A stretch of 64,000 nucleotides of DNA from a virus (IMGVR_UViG_3300028840_001821), one strand, 5' to 3'. Shown: positions 8,489-16,894, counted from the stretch's first letter. The notes: generated from the letters alone by a model not told the origin. Made by a program: numbers and translations.

Positions 8489-8977
8489 ATGATCGTAACA
8501 GAGCAAGAGATTCGGAAACTGGTCAGGGTCAAGGGGCATACCACGCCCGCCACCTACGAGGACGCAGTGCAAGAGGCTCTACTGGCGGCTCACCTTGCCG
8601 AGCAAGAGAAACCCGACAACAAGCAGTTCGCTATCGGTCGGGCGATCACGGCGGCGCGTAACTTCACGCGGAAAGAGCGTGCCAGGGGACGCCACGAAGG
8701 CGGCGGAGAGTTCTGCCAGGGACTCGACATCCATGACGAAGAGGTCGCCAACCAGCTTATCGCCCCCGTGCCGGACTTCTCCCCGGCGCAGGTGGACGCG
8801 CTTCACGCCTTCGTCGAGGAGCAGGACGAGCCGACCCGCGAGATCATGGCGGCGATCCTTGCCGGCGATAGCATGATGCGAATCAGCAACCGCACCGGCA
8901 GGAGCCACAGCGACGTGTGCCGCATCGTGCGGCGGTTCAAGGAAGCGGCATCCAGGGAACTGGAGGGGGTGGAATAA
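8489..8977 (+). CDS. sigma-factor-like protein (region 4 HTH)
   Basis: The C-terminal ..EIMAAILAGDSMMRISNRTGRSHSDVCRIVRRFKEAAS resembles a sigma70/ECF region 4.2 HTH. Confidence 0.45.
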   Translation: MIVTEQEIRKLVRVKGHTTPATYEDAVQEALLAAHLAEQEKPDNKQFAIGRAITAARNFTRKERARGRHEGGGEFCQGLDIHDEEVANQLIAPVPDFSPAQVDALHAFVEEQDEPTREIMAAILAGDSMMRISNRTGRSHSDVCRIVRRFKEAASRELEGVE

Positions 8978-8993
8978 CCGCCCTTCGGGGCGG
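8978..8993 (+). terminator. GC hairpin after stop (ccgcccttcggggcgg)
   Basis: Perfect stem with a uucg-type loop immediately after the TAA stop; there is no T-run. Confidence 0.35.
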
Positions 8994-9022
8994 GGGAAGA
9001 CAAAAGAGTAAAGGATCTGAAC

Positions 9023-9397
9023 ATGACAATCAGACCATCTCAGTGCCACGATTTTCCCGTCGGCGAGTGCTGGCGGGACCACTGCGGCGAGGGCGTTCAC
9101 AAGGTCTATGATGGTAGCTGGTTCGAGAATGACGACGGACCTGATGATACCGGCTACTACATCTACCAGAGCCAGGTAGACCAGATGTGGGTGGTCGAGC
9201 GGGCGCTGATGTGCAATCCCTACGACAGCCCGGAGAATCGCCCTGTTGCCAAGTTCGCCGATGAGCAAGAGGCAATCAACTACGCCGTGGGGCTTGCCAG
9301 GGATAACGCTCGCACGATAGCCGCCCGGGTAGAGACCCACCTCAAGGACTACGCGGATCGGCTTTGGGCGAACGAGACCAAGGCGGCAGGGATCTAA
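9023..9397 (+). CDS. hypothetical protein
   Basis: RBS aaaggatctgaacATG, 124 aa. Confidence 0.5.
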   Translation: MTIRPSQCHDFPVGECWRDHCGEGVHKVYDGSWFENDDGPDDTGYYIYQSQVDQMWVVERALMCNPYDSPENRPVAKFADEQEAINYAVGLARDNARTIAARVETHLKDYADRLWANETKAAGI

Positions 9398-9729
9398 CCG
9401 GCTTTGCCGTGCTAACGAGAACGAGAATTGGAAGTGTAAATAGGAATCCGAGTTGGAGGTCTGCATCAATATTATATATGCGACCCTGGACCTTCCTACC
9501 TCTGGATCTTAAGATCTGAAACTCCGAAGTTCACGGAGTCTCAGAATGGGAATCTCAGAATGAGACGTCCCTGGAATGGGAATCTGGTTCCGTCGCCCAA
9601 GAATACCACATTCTCACGACGAGTCAAGCACAAAATCGGCGATTTTGGTAAATACGTTCAGGTCTGAACCTCTCCGCCCCCAACGCGCAGCGGTCTCAAA
9701 ATGAGAATGCAAAATTCCAGAAAAACGGT

Positions 9730-9757
9730 TTGACAATCGAATCTCATGAGTTATAAT
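9730..9757 (+). promoter_or_regulatory. sigma70 consensus promoter (TTGACA-N16-TATAAT)
   Basis: Followed by the leader aggggtgaaaggaaagaaaaccATG. Confidence 0.6.
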
Positions 9758-9779
9758 AGGGGTGAAAGGAAAGAAAACC

Positions 9780-10502
9780 ATGAAACTACTATCGGTCGGA
9801 TCGGACGCGAAAACGGTCAAGGGCGAAAAACTCGGGTATCTAACGGGTATCCTGTATCTCAGTCCCGCCGATGAGATTCCCGGGCAGAACCTATGCCCGT
9901 TCGCTTCCCCGGGTTGCCGTGCCGCGTGCCTGTATACCGCCGGGCGCGGTGCTATGGCGAACGTGAAAGCCGGGCGCGTGCGGAAAACGCTTCTCTTCGT
10001 CGAGGACCGGGAGGTATTTCTTTCTCAGTTACGGGCAGATATTTCCCGGTTGGTGAATCAAGCGCGGAAAAAGGGAATGCGTCCCGTTGTGAGACTCAAC
10101 GGCACGAGCGATCTTCCGTTCGAGAAAATTTTTCCCGATCTTTTCGCGGAATTTCCTCAAGTCCAATATATGGACTATACCAAGAATCCGTATCGGATGC
10201 GGAAATTTCTTCGCGGTGGATTGCCCGCGAACTATCACTTGACCTTTTCCCGAAGTGAGACGAATCACCGGACGGCGCTTTCGATTCTCAAATCGGGAGG
10301 GCAGGTAGCCGTGGTCTTCTCCGGGAAAATTCTTCCGCCCGATTGGAAGGGATTCCCGGTTCGAGACGGCGACGCCCACGACGCGAGATTCTCAGATCGG
10401 GACGGCGTGATCGGTCTGGTTTCGAAAGGGCAGGCGTCTCGGGATGAGACGGGTTTCGTGGTCGATCCCGGATTCCCGCAGGGGAAAAAGATCAAACGGT
10501 AG
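9780..10502 (+). CDS. hypothetical protein with Cys motif (CPFASPGCRAACLY)
   Basis: 240 aa. The C..SPGC..AC.Y motif resembles the N-terminal Cys cluster of the phage Gp37/Gp68 (DUF5131)-type family; this match is tentative. Confidence 0.45.
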   Translation: MKLLSVGSDAKTVKGEKLGYLTGILYLSPADEIPGQNLCPFASPGCRAACLYTAGRGAMANVKAGRVRKTLLFVEDREVFLSQLRADISRLVNQARKKGMRPVVRLNGTSDLPFEKIFPDLFAEFPQVQYMDYTKNPYRMRKFLRGGLPANYHLTFSRSETNHRTALSILKSGGQVAVVFSGKILPPDWKGFPVRDGDAHDARFSDRDGVIGLVSKGQASRDETGFVVDPGFPQGKKIKR

Positions 10503-10664
10503 GAACATCTGAAACAACATGGTTTGTCCTCCTTTCGCAAAGTGAGACGCGGGGTAACTCCCCGCGATCTCGCTATCGAACTAACGATGAAAAGGTCTGA
10601 ACGTTGTTAGCGTGCTGTCAAAATGCGCGGACAAATGCGTCGGACAGAAAGTTTTGATTATCAC

Positions 10665-10692
10665 TTGACAGCGCCGCCCTATAGGATATAAT
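10665..10692 (+). promoter_or_regulatory. sigma70 consensus promoter (TTGACA-N16-TATAAT)
   Basis: The block cttgacagcgccgccctataggatataattagggtgaaaggg is nearly identical to the block at 11082. Confidence 0.6.
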
Positions 10693-10715
10693 TAGGGTGA
10701 AAGGGACAAACAACC

Positions 10716-10934
10716 ATGAGCAACATCGAAATTCTGGACGACGGGCGAACCGTCGGCTACAACGTGCGCGACCTACTGCGCGAGGCAATCAAGGATATGG
10801 ACGTTCCCGAGATGAGACGCGACACATCAAGCGACTCAAACGTCCGATGGTTGAGCCGAAACCTCGCCATCCAAAATCGGGACAACGAGAATTTCCGCGT
10901 GGCGATGCACTTCATCCGCGCCCTACTGTCATGA
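10716..10934 (+). CDS. hypothetical protein
   Basis: 72 aa. The track ORF 10697..11101 is a frame that begins in the leader. Confidence 0.45.
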   Translation: MSNIEILDDGRTVGYNVRDLLREAIKDMDVPEMRRDTSSDSNVRWLSRNLAIQNRDNENFRVAMHFIRALLS

Positions 10935-11101
10935 GTAACCGATCAGAACATCGTAAGGTAGCAGCGAAACGCGCCGGTAAGGGCGGAGTAAACTGCTACT
11001 GCTGCGATCCGTCACCCCGCGAGAAGAAGAAATTCTTTCGCACTATCCGGCGGATACTCAAGAGAAAATTCCGAAAGGAACTTGACAGCGCCGCCGGGTA
11101 G
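10931..11101 (+). CDS. small basic Cys protein
   Basis: ATGA overlap with the upstream stop; 56 aa (..GVNCYCCDPSPREKKKFFRTIRRILKRKFRK..). Its 3' end contains the next promoter. Confidence 0.35.
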   Translation: MSNRSEHRKVAAKRAGKGGVNCYCCDPSPREKKKFFRTIRRILKRKFRKELDSAAG

Positions 11102-11109
11102 GGTATAAT
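11082..11109 (+). promoter_or_regulatory. sigma70 consensus promoter (TTGACA-N16-TATAAT)
   Basis: A duplicate of the 10665 block, followed by the leader ggggtgaaaggaaggaaagccATG. Confidence 0.6.
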
Positions 11110-11131
11110 TGGGGTGAAAGGAAGGAAAGCC

Positions 11132-11479
11132 ATGAACGAGAAACCAACGGCAGAAAGCCTCGGACTCCACGCCGATACGCACGAGCGGTGGACGTGGTTC
11201 TCCCAAATCGGCTACAAACCGCCGCAGGAGGACGTCGATACCGTCCGCGAGGCGTTCTATCAGGACTATGAGTATGCCTGCTACAAGCGGGATACGTTCG
11301 AGTGGTTGGGCAACGTCAAGCCGAATCACCTTGCCGACGCGCAAGCCGGTGCCGACTCAAGGGGATTGGCGGTAGTCTTCCTGAAACTACCGATGCCCGC
11401 GCATGACCCGTCCGAACTGCCCGACGATGAGCCGCCAAGCGGGTGGGATTCATCGTGGGGGGAGGACCCGAGAGAATAA
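11132..11479 (+). CDS. hypothetical protein
   Basis: 115 aa, starting after the conserved leader. Confidence 0.5.
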   Translation: MNEKPTAESLGLHADTHERWTWFSQIGYKPPQEDVDTVREAFYQDYEYACYKRDTFEWLGNVKPNHLADAQAGADSRGLAVVFLKLPMPAHDPSELPDDEPPSGWDSSWGEDPRE

Positions 11480-11480
11480 C

Positions 11481-11565
11481 GGGCGTGAGACTGGCTTTCG
11501 ACCCGGCGTAAGACCCGAAAAGGGAGCGACCGGGGACCTCGGTTCAATTCCGAGCACGTCCACCA
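11481..11565 (+). ncRNA. tRNA-like structured RNA with encoded CCA
   Basis: The 5' gggcgtg pairs with the 3' cacgtcc acceptor, followed by A-CCA. There is a perfect T arm (ctcgg-ttcaatt-ccgag) and an internal stem (ctttcg/cgaaag). At 85 nt it does not fold as a standard cloverleaf in my hands. Confidence 0.4.
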
Positions 11566-11579
11566 GAATACCAAACGAT

Positions 11580-11735
11580 GGGAACGTCGGACCGCCGGGG
11601 AACCTTAGCGGGTTCCGTTAGGTAGCATAGTGCTTAGGTCCGGTTGAGAGACACCGAGCCGGATAGGTGTCAGTGGAAAGCCGTGCGCACGGTCGGAAGC
11701 GTTCGAGGCGGGGTGCAATTCCCCACGTTCCTACC
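11580..11735 (+). ncRNA. tRNA-like-ended structured RNA, about 155 nt
   Basis: The 5' gggaacg pairs with the 3' cgttcct at the far end, next to a T-arm-like cgggg-tgcaatt-cccc. The interior has several perfect hairpins (ggaacc-ttagcg-ggttcc, ccgtgcgcacgg, ccgg..ccgg). Confidence 0.3.
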
Positions 11736-11758
11736 CTTTTAATCCGAAATGCATTCTG

Positions 11759-11884
11759 CAAATAGGGTTTGATTTCCATGGCAGGAAAACGCCCCTATAG
11801 TAGTAGCGACGATCACATCCGAACATCTTTTTCTCATAACGAGACTTCGGACGTTTGGATCTGAACATCCGACCGGGGCGCGGA
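11759..11884 (+). repeat. composite intergenic repeat unit (copy a)
   Basis: caaataggg..ttccatggcaggaaaac..ccctatag, then 20 nt, then tccgaacatctttttctcataacgagac..cggacgtttggatctgaacatcc. Confidence 0.55.
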
Positions 11885-11957
11885 GCGAGTCTCATCCCGA
11901 GATTCCGATGTTCGGATAGGATTCTCTGACGGCTGCTGAGAAAAAAAGAAAATCACC

Positions 11958-11985
11958 TTGACGGCAAGCCACTTCGTGATATAAT
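11958..11985 (+). promoter_or_regulatory. sigma70 promoter (TTGACG-N16-TATAAT)
   Basis: Followed by the leader ggggtgaaaggcaaggaaacaaa..aaaggagcaaaatcATG. Confidence 0.6.
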
Positions 11986-12031
11986 TGGGGTGAAAGGCAA
12001 GGAAACAAACCCGCTCGAAAGGAGCAAAATC

Positions 12032-12760
12032 ATGAAGGCAACGCTCGAAATGGTCAAGGCGGTCGAGACCCCCGCCCCCACGGACACCTGGAACCCGATC
12101 TCGCACGTGGACTTCCTGGACGTGATCGAGTCGCAACTCCGGCAGGAAGGCTGGCGGTTGCACGAGACCCGGCACGATCTCGCAAAGGGCGGAATCCGCT
12201 ACACCGGACGCGCTCTCCTGATTCCGGCGGACGTGTCGGAAGTGGTTCGCGCCGGAGCGGACGTCAAGCTCATGCTCGGTTGGGCGAACTTCCTCGACAA
12301 GTCCCGGGCGGCGACGATTCTCGGCGGCTCGGACGTGTTTATCTGCTCGAACGGTCAGATGTTCGCGGAGCACAAGGTCTCCGGCAAGCACACCACGAAC
12401 GTAATCCGGACCCTCCGGTCGCGGTTCGCGGGTGCCCTGGACTCGATCCTGAACCGGTTCGACGATGAGGTCCGCCGGTTCGAGGAGTTCAAGGAAACCG
12501 CCCTGGAGCGCCCGGACATGGCGGAAATGATCCTCGACGCCCGCAAGCGGGGTGCCCTTCCCGCCGCCGACGTCCTCAAGGTGATGGCGGAATACGACGC
12601 CCCGTCCTTCGAGGAGTTCAAGGGCGGAACGGTCTGGACCGGGTTCAACGCCTTCACCACGGTCGCACGGGCGCGTTTCGAGAAGAATCCCGCCGCCGCC
12701 GCCGATGAGTCGCTCGCCTTGGGCGAACTGTTCGAGGAGCGATACCCGATCGCCAGCTAA
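12032..12760 (+). CDS. hypothetical protein
   Basis: Strong RBS aaaggagcaaaatcATG, 242 aa. The opposite-strand ORF 11834..12778 is judged spurious. Confidence 0.5.
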   Translation: MKATLEMVKAVETPAPTDTWNPISHVDFLDVIESQLRQEGWRLHETRHDLAKGGIRYTGRALLIPADVSEVVRAGADVKLMLGWANFLDKSRAATILGGSDVFICSNGQMFAEHKVSGKHTTNVIRTLRSRFAGALDSILNRFDDEVRRFEEFKETALERPDMAEMILDARKRGALPAADVLKVMAEYDAPSFEEFKGGTVWTGFNAFTTVARARFEKNPAAAADESLALGELFEERYPIAS

Positions 12761-12765
12761 CCGAC

Positions 12766-12790
12766 CACCGGACCGCAAGGTCCGGTGTTT
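12766..12790 (+). terminator. hairpin caccggaccgcaaggtccggtg plus uuu
   Basis: Perfect stem immediately after the stop codon. The same ggaccgcaaggtcc core recurs after other genes. Confidence 0.45.
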
Positions 12791-12863
12791 CCCTTAGCCG
12801 AACAAACGATGAAGCGGTCCGAACGTCGGTAGCCAGAGGGCAAAAAGAAATTCTGAAAAGGGT

Positions 12864-12891
12864 TTGACTAAGGCATTTGACGTGCTATAAT
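12864..12891 (+). promoter_or_regulatory. sigma70 promoter (TTGACT-N16-TATAAT)
   Basis: Followed by the leader aggggtaagaaaggacggaaaccATG. Confidence 0.6.
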
Positions 12892-12914
12892 AGGGGTAAG
12901 AAAGGACGGAAACC

Positions 12915-13262
12915 ATGAGCCTGAAAGACGAAATTCACGACGTGTTCGCCAGCGAGAACGCAGTGCTGGACCCGGACGACGCGGAGAACCTGACCGCCGC
13001 CCTGTTCGCGCAAGTGCCCGCGCTGGACTACAACATCAACCCCAACGGAATCACGGTCTGGACGCCCGACAAAGCGCCCGAGTGGGCGAAGAAGCACGCG
13101 CCGGAGAAGACCATGCACATAGCGTGGATTCCGATCACGGCGGGGCGAGTGACCGCCCTATTCGGTCCGGGGACCGCCTTCGGCAAGGGGTTCCAACTTC
13201 AGACGGTCACGCTTCCCGGGGACGTCAAGGGCTTTCTTGCCTACGGCACCGAAAGCGAGTAA
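12915..13262 (+). CDS. hypothetical protein
   Basis: 115 aa. Confidence 0.5.
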   Translation: MSLKDEIHDVFASENAVLDPDDAENLTAALFAQVPALDYNINPNGITVWTPDKAPEWAKKHAPEKTMHIAWIPITAGRVTALFGPGTAFGKGFQLQTVTLPGDVKGFLAYGTESE

Positions 13263-13363
13263 CCGACCCGGACGTCGCAAGCGCGGCGTCCACCTTGCGG
13301 CGGAATATCCGACCTAACGGTCCGAACGTCGGAACCTTCCCTGCTTTTTTACGAGGATTCTGG

Positions 13364-13391
13364 TTGACAATCGCCGTAGGCGAGTTATAAT
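13364..13391 (+). promoter_or_regulatory. sigma70 consensus promoter (TTGACA-N16-TATAAT)
   Basis: Sits ahead of a roughly 170-nt structured leader before the 13563 gene. Confidence 0.55.
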
Positions 13392-13562
13392 AGTAGTGAG
13401 CTTAAGACCTCACGCAATAGCCAAACAACCATCCCGGCGAAGGCTGGAAAACCGGGGCGATAAATGAGGCGCTAATGCGACGGCTACTAAACCGTAAGTG
13501 GCTAAAACCCACCCTCACGGGGGACCTTAAGCTTTCTCTTATTTTCACAACAGGAGAAGACT

Positions 13563-13724
13563 ATGCAAGCGATGAACCTGACCGCAATCGACCAACTGTT
13601 CGAGAAGAACCCGGAGATCAAATCCAACCGGGCAAGGCGGAACGCGATCCACAACGCCGCCCCGTGGCTCACGAAGGATGAGGCGGGACAGGCGCTCGCT
13701 CTATGGCTCCGCTATCGCGGGTAA
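13563..13724 (+). CDS. small protein (53 aa)
   Basis: Strong RBS acaggagaagactATG. Not in the ORF track because it is shorter than 60 aa. Confidence 0.4.
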   Translation: MQAMNLTAIDQLFEKNPEIKSNRARRNAIHNAAPWLTKDEAGQALALWLRYRG

Positions 13725-13740
13725 ACGAAAATCCATTCTA

Positions 13741-13880
13741 CAAATAGGGTAAGGTTTCCATGGCAGGAAAACCGCCCTATAGATTAACAGACAAAGCGGT
13801 CCGAACATCTTTTTATCATTCCGAGACCGTCTCAAAATGAGACGCCGCACATCGGACGTTTGGGTCTGAACGTCCAAACC
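13741..13880 (+). repeat. composite intergenic repeat unit (copy b)
   Basis: The same architecture as copy a, and it includes a perfect palindrome gtctcaaaatgagac at 13829-13843. Confidence 0.55.
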
Positions 13881-13924
13881 TCACGCCTCGCAAACCCCGT
13901 GCCAAAAGAAATTCTAATTTCGAC

Positions 13925-13952
13925 TGGACTCGATTCCTATTCGTGCTATAAT
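13925..13952 (+). promoter_or_regulatory. promoter (TGGACT-N16-TATAAT)
   Basis: Perfect -10 but a weaker -35. Followed by the leader aggggtgacaagcaaaggagaacaggagaaaaatcATG. Confidence 0.45.
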
Positions 13953-13987
13953 AGGGGTGACAAGCAAAGGAGAACAGGAGAAAAATC

Positions 13988-14209
13988 ATGAGTCGCTGGT
14001 CACTGCCCGGATACGATGAGTGGAAAACCACGGACCCCAACGAGACCGACCCGGCGGACTATGAGTGCCGCATGTGTGACCTCGACGGGGACGAGTGCCA
14101 ATGTGAGAATCAGGACGATTGGGTCCTGAAAGACAACGAGCCGGACGACTACGACGACGACTACGACGACGCCGACGTGTGCGACCGGTTCTATAGCCCC
14201 TACGACTAA
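13988..14209 (+). CDS. acidic Cys-containing small protein
   Basis: 73 aa, ..CRMCDLDGDECQCENQDDW.., with a poly-D/Y tail. Confidence 0.45.
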   Translation: MSRWSLPGYDEWKTTDPNETDPADYECRMCDLDGDECQCENQDDWVLKDNEPDDYDDDYDDADVCDRFYSPYD

Positions 14210-14462
14210 CAGGAGGATTCAAACAATGGGCTACTGACTCGCAGCCTAAGCCCGACTCCCAGGCGATAGGGAAGTCGGTTGGGCGCTGAAGTATCGTCCC
14301 GTCGGATTAGCTACCCGGCGGTTGTAATGGCGGGAGTTAGCTACCCGTCGCACCTACCTTCGGATGTTCCGATCCGAACCTCCCTACCTTATGCCGTTCC
14401 GGCGTCTCAAATCGGGACAAAGAAAATTCCAGATTTAGCTTTACTGATACTCCGTTTGGGCT

Positions 14463-14468
14463 ATAATA
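14463..14468 (+). promoter_or_regulatory. -10 TATAAT (weak -35 TTACTG at 14441)
   Basis: The context gggctataatagatatagaaacggaggacaaaaATG matches the cassette pattern. Confidence 0.35.
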
Positions 14469-14490
14469 GATATAGAAACGGAGGACAAAA

Positions 14491-14646
14491 ATGGTTGTCA
14501 TTCTCAGCATACCCGGCGGGTTTCAAGATACGGTCGAGACCGTAGTGGTGCCCGGGGCGAAAACCGCGAAACAGGCAATCGCGGAAGCCAAGAAACAATT
14601 TCCCCGTGAGAAGCGGGATTCAATCCGAGCGGAGGTAAGGAAATGA
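14491..14646 (+). CDS. small protein (51 aa)
   Basis: MVVILSIPGGFQDTVETVVVPGAK... Its stop overlaps the next start (ATGA). Confidence 0.4.
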   Translation: MVVILSIPGGFQDTVETVVVPGAKTAKQAIAEAKKQFPREKRDSIRAEVRK

Positions 14647-14990
14647 GTCTCACAAAGAAACACTTCGTCGATCTCGCAAAGAGACTCGGCGAGGAGAACG
14701 CCAGCGACCGTCTCATTTCGGGAATCGCGGATTTCTGCGAGGAGCACAATCCCCGGTTCGACCGGACCCGGTTCATCCAGGCTGTCGAGGAGAATCGGGA
14801 CGTCAACCGTTGCACCAAGTGTAACGAGGTCATTCCCGATTTGGGACAGGCGTTGACGCAATTCTGCGCCACGTGCGCCACCGAAAACGAGGACTTCGAC
14901 GAATCACCCTGTATTCGGTGCATGGCGGAGAACGAGCGCGAATGCACGTGCGGCGACTATCTGGCGATTGACAACGACCCCCTCTTCTAA
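14643..14990 (+). CDS. Cys-rich zinc-binding protein
   Basis: 115 aa with several CxxC-type pairs (CTKCNEV..CATCATEN..CIRCMAENERECTCGD). Confidence 0.5.
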   Translation: MSLTKKHFVDLAKRLGEENASDRLISGIADFCEEHNPRFDRTRFIQAVEENRDVNRCTKCNEVIPDLGQALTQFCATCATENEDFDESPCIRCMAENERECTCGDYLAIDNDPLF

Positions 14991-14997
14991 GGATTAG

Positions 14998-15015
14998 CGG
15001 ACCGCAAGGTCCGTT
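14998..15015 (+). terminator. hairpin gcggaccgcaaggtccgt
   Basis: Same ggaccgcaaggtcc hairpin family, placed after the stop codon. Confidence 0.4.
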
Positions 15016-15067
15016 ATTCGCTGCCAGCTTCGGACGTTCGGAGCCGAACCTTATTCCAAGATTCTCC

Positions 15068-15095
15068 TTGATTGTAGCGCCCAACGTGCTATAAT
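15068..15095 (+). promoter_or_regulatory. sigma70 promoter (TTGATT-N16-TATAAT)
   Basis: Followed by the leader agaagtgaaaggagacaaggaaATG. Confidence 0.55.
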
Positions 15096-15117
15096 AGAAG
15101 TGAAAGGAGACAAGGAA

Positions 15118-15477
15118 ATGCCAAGACGATACCCAACCGAACCCGTCGAGGACCCCGCAGTCATTTGCGAGGGATGCGGCAACGAGTTCAACGTGGACGA
15201 TTTCACCGACGGACTGTGCTTCGATTGCCTTCAAGATCTCGAATACGAGCGCAACTGCGAAATGCGCGAACTGGCAAACGACCCGGATTCCCCCTACTTC
15301 ATGGCGGACCGGTTCGCGGACCCCGGCGGCGACTCGTGCCTCTACCCGGAAACCGACGACAACCCGCGCAATCTCGCGTGCCCCAACTGCGGAGCGGAGA
15401 ACGTGCTAACCCCGGCGGACCGATCGGCGGGCTATCAGTGCGACCCGTGCGCCCGGCAGGCGGAAATGGGTTTCTAA
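15118..15477 (+). CDS. Cys-rich zinc-finger protein
   Basis: 119 aa (CEGCGNEF..CFDCLQD..CPNCGAEN..CDPCARQ). Confidence 0.5.
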   Translation: MPRRYPTEPVEDPAVICEGCGNEFNVDDFTDGLCFDCLQDLEYERNCEMRELANDPDSPYFMADRFADPGGDSCLYPETDDNPRNLACPNCGAENVLTPADRSAGYQCDPCARQAEMGF

Positions 15478-15492
15478 TCCACGAATCCCTGT

Positions 15493-15612
15493 CAATTTAC
15501 AAGGCAGGGATTTTGCCCTATAGAGGTTAAGATGAAGCGATCCGAACATCTTTTTCTCATTCCGGGATTTCTCACAATGAGAATCGGACGTTTGAATCTG
15601 AACATCCGAACC
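15493..15612 (+). repeat. composite intergenic repeat unit (copy c)
   Basis: caatttacaaggcagggattttgccctataga..tccgaacatctttttctcattccgggatttctcacaatgagaatcggacgtttgaatctgaacatccgaacc. Confidence 0.55.
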
Positions 15613-15657
15613 GTGCTCGCTGCAAATCCCGTGCCAAAAAGAAAAAACAAAAAGGGC

Positions 15658-15685
15658 TTTACTGTGAGCGATACCATGCTATAAT
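15658..15685 (+). promoter_or_regulatory. sigma70 promoter (TTTACT-N16-TATAAT)
   Basis: Followed by the leader aagagtgaaaggaaacagaacaATG. Confidence 0.5.
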
Positions 15686-15707
15686 AAGAGTGAAAGGAAA
15701 CAGAACA

Positions 15708-15893
15708 ATGGTCAACCCGAGAAACGCAAGGCGATACCTGATTCTAAGGGAATTGCTCCGGGACTTCGGACGATTCGCTCTCTACTTTGTAGTCGGGACA
15801 ATCGCGCTGTTTCTCATTTGGGGACTATGCGAGGGTATCAAGGATACGTGTTTCCCAAAATGGAACCACGTGCCCTATGTTGAGGGAAGGTGA
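15708..15893 (+). CDS. small membrane protein
   Basis: 61 aa containing a TM helix (FALYFVVGTIALFLIWGL). Confidence 0.45.
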   Translation: MVNPRNARRYLILRELLRDFGRFALYFVVGTIALFLIWGLCEGIKDTCFPKWNHVPYVEGR

Positions 15894-15896
15894 AAA

Positions 15897-16130
15897 ATGT
15901 TCCGGAGGAAGCGTAAGCTGGCAGTGACGCTGACCGTGAAAAAGGTTCCGGTCGAGGTCGAATACGAGCATTTCAATCTGAGACGCCGCGCAACGGTCGA
16001 GGTCGCCCCGTGTCTCAATGTGGAACGCACGATGCGCCGCGCCGAGAATCTCATTCGGAGAATGGTCGGTTTCGGCAACGGACCGGACAGTCTGAAAATC
16101 GTTCACACCAGCATGGTCGTCTCATCGTGA
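15897..16130 (+). CDS. hypothetical basic protein
   Basis: RBS gagggaaggtgaaaaATG, 77 aa. Confidence 0.4.
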   Translation: MFRRKRKLAVTLTVKKVPVEVEYEHFNLRRRATVEVAPCLNVERTMRRAENLIRRMVGFGNGPDSLKIVHTSMVVSS

Positions 16131-16221
16131 GACGGCGGGCGGACCAAGTGTCCGTCTTCTCTTACGAGCTAACGACGTTCGCATCCGAACAGCGGACCGG
16201 CGATTTCTTTTTGGTTTTTCC

Positions 16222-16249
16222 TGGACTCTCGCGCCCAATGGGCTATAAT
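16222..16249 (+). promoter_or_regulatory. promoter (TGGACT-N16-TATAAT)
   Basis: The block ctggactctcgcgcccaatgggctataatagaggtgaaaggg is nearly identical to the block at 18502. Confidence 0.5.
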
Positions 16250-16271
16250 AGAGGTGAAAGGGAAACAAATC

Positions 16272-16739
16272 ATGCGATACGAAGAACTGTTAGGAAGCCA
16301 CATAACGCCGATGGAAGCGGCGGAAATGGCGGAAGAGACAACCCCGTCGTGGCGTCCCGATCTGGAAGACGTTGGAACGTCCGAGGAAATGGCGTCGGTA
16401 ATGGGACGTTTCGCCGAGCGATTCGAGAGCGACATTCTCGAACTGAGAAAGATCCCGATTGCGGATTGCTGTGTCGGGTGGGCGACCGTTTGGGAAGACG
16501 CCGTCCAAGACTACGCCGAGCGCATGGCAGCGGGCGAAATGGACTATCCGCCGATCATCGCCAGCGCGAACGATCCCGAGGATACTTGGTCAAGCCGCTG
16601 GACCGTGGAAGACGGGTCGCACCGCTGTCTCGCTCTGAGACAGATCGGAATCACTCACGTATATGCTTACGTCGAAGTGGACGAACATCTTGAGCCGCTG
16701 GTCCTGAATACGACGCCGGATTTACCGTTTCCCGAATAG
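16272..16739 (+). CDS. ParB/sulfiredoxin-like domain protein
   Basis: The ..WTVEDGSHRCLALRQIGITHVYAYV.. motif (DGxHR..A) is typical of the ParB N-terminal nuclease/NTPase-like domain. Confidence 0.45.
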   Translation: MRYEELLGSHITPMEAAEMAEETTPSWRPDLEDVGTSEEMASVMGRFAERFESDILELRKIPIADCCVGWATVWEDAVQDYAERMAAGEMDYPPIIASANDPEDTWSSRWTVEDGSHRCLALRQIGITHVYAYVEVDEHLEPLVLNTTPDLPFPE

Positions 16740-16866
16740 AGACAACTGTTCTCCCCTTTCAAAATGAGACGACCGACCGAAACCCGAACGGGAAACTCGG
16801 TCGTCTCGCTTTGGGACACCGGCGGTTCGGACCTGAACGTCGCTACCACTTTATTCTAAATTTCGT

Positions 16867-16894
16867 TTGACTAATAGCCTGAAGGGACTATAAT
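16867..16894 (+). promoter_or_regulatory. sigma70 promoter (TTGACT-N16-TATAAT)
   Basis: Followed by atagttgaacggagagaaacATG. Confidence 0.55.

Noticed and set aside
8579-9469. Minus-strand 296-aa ORF
   Set aside because: It overlaps two plus-strand genes, 8489..8977 and 9023..9397, that have promoter and leader context. Its composition is typical of antisense GC-rich frames.
9762-9779. ORF-track N-termini of the form MKG(K/D/N).. (9762, 10697, 11114, 11990, 15100, 15690, 16254, 17298, 20762, 21101)
   Set aside because: They arise from GTG or TTG inside the conserved leader ..GTGAAAGGAAAC.. being read as codons. I moved the true starts to the downstream ATG after the purine-rich leader.
11834-12778. 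Minus-strand 314-aa ORF
   Set aside because: It lies opposite the 12032..12760 gene, which has a consensus promoter and a strong RBS. The ORF is Arg/Gly-rich antisense.
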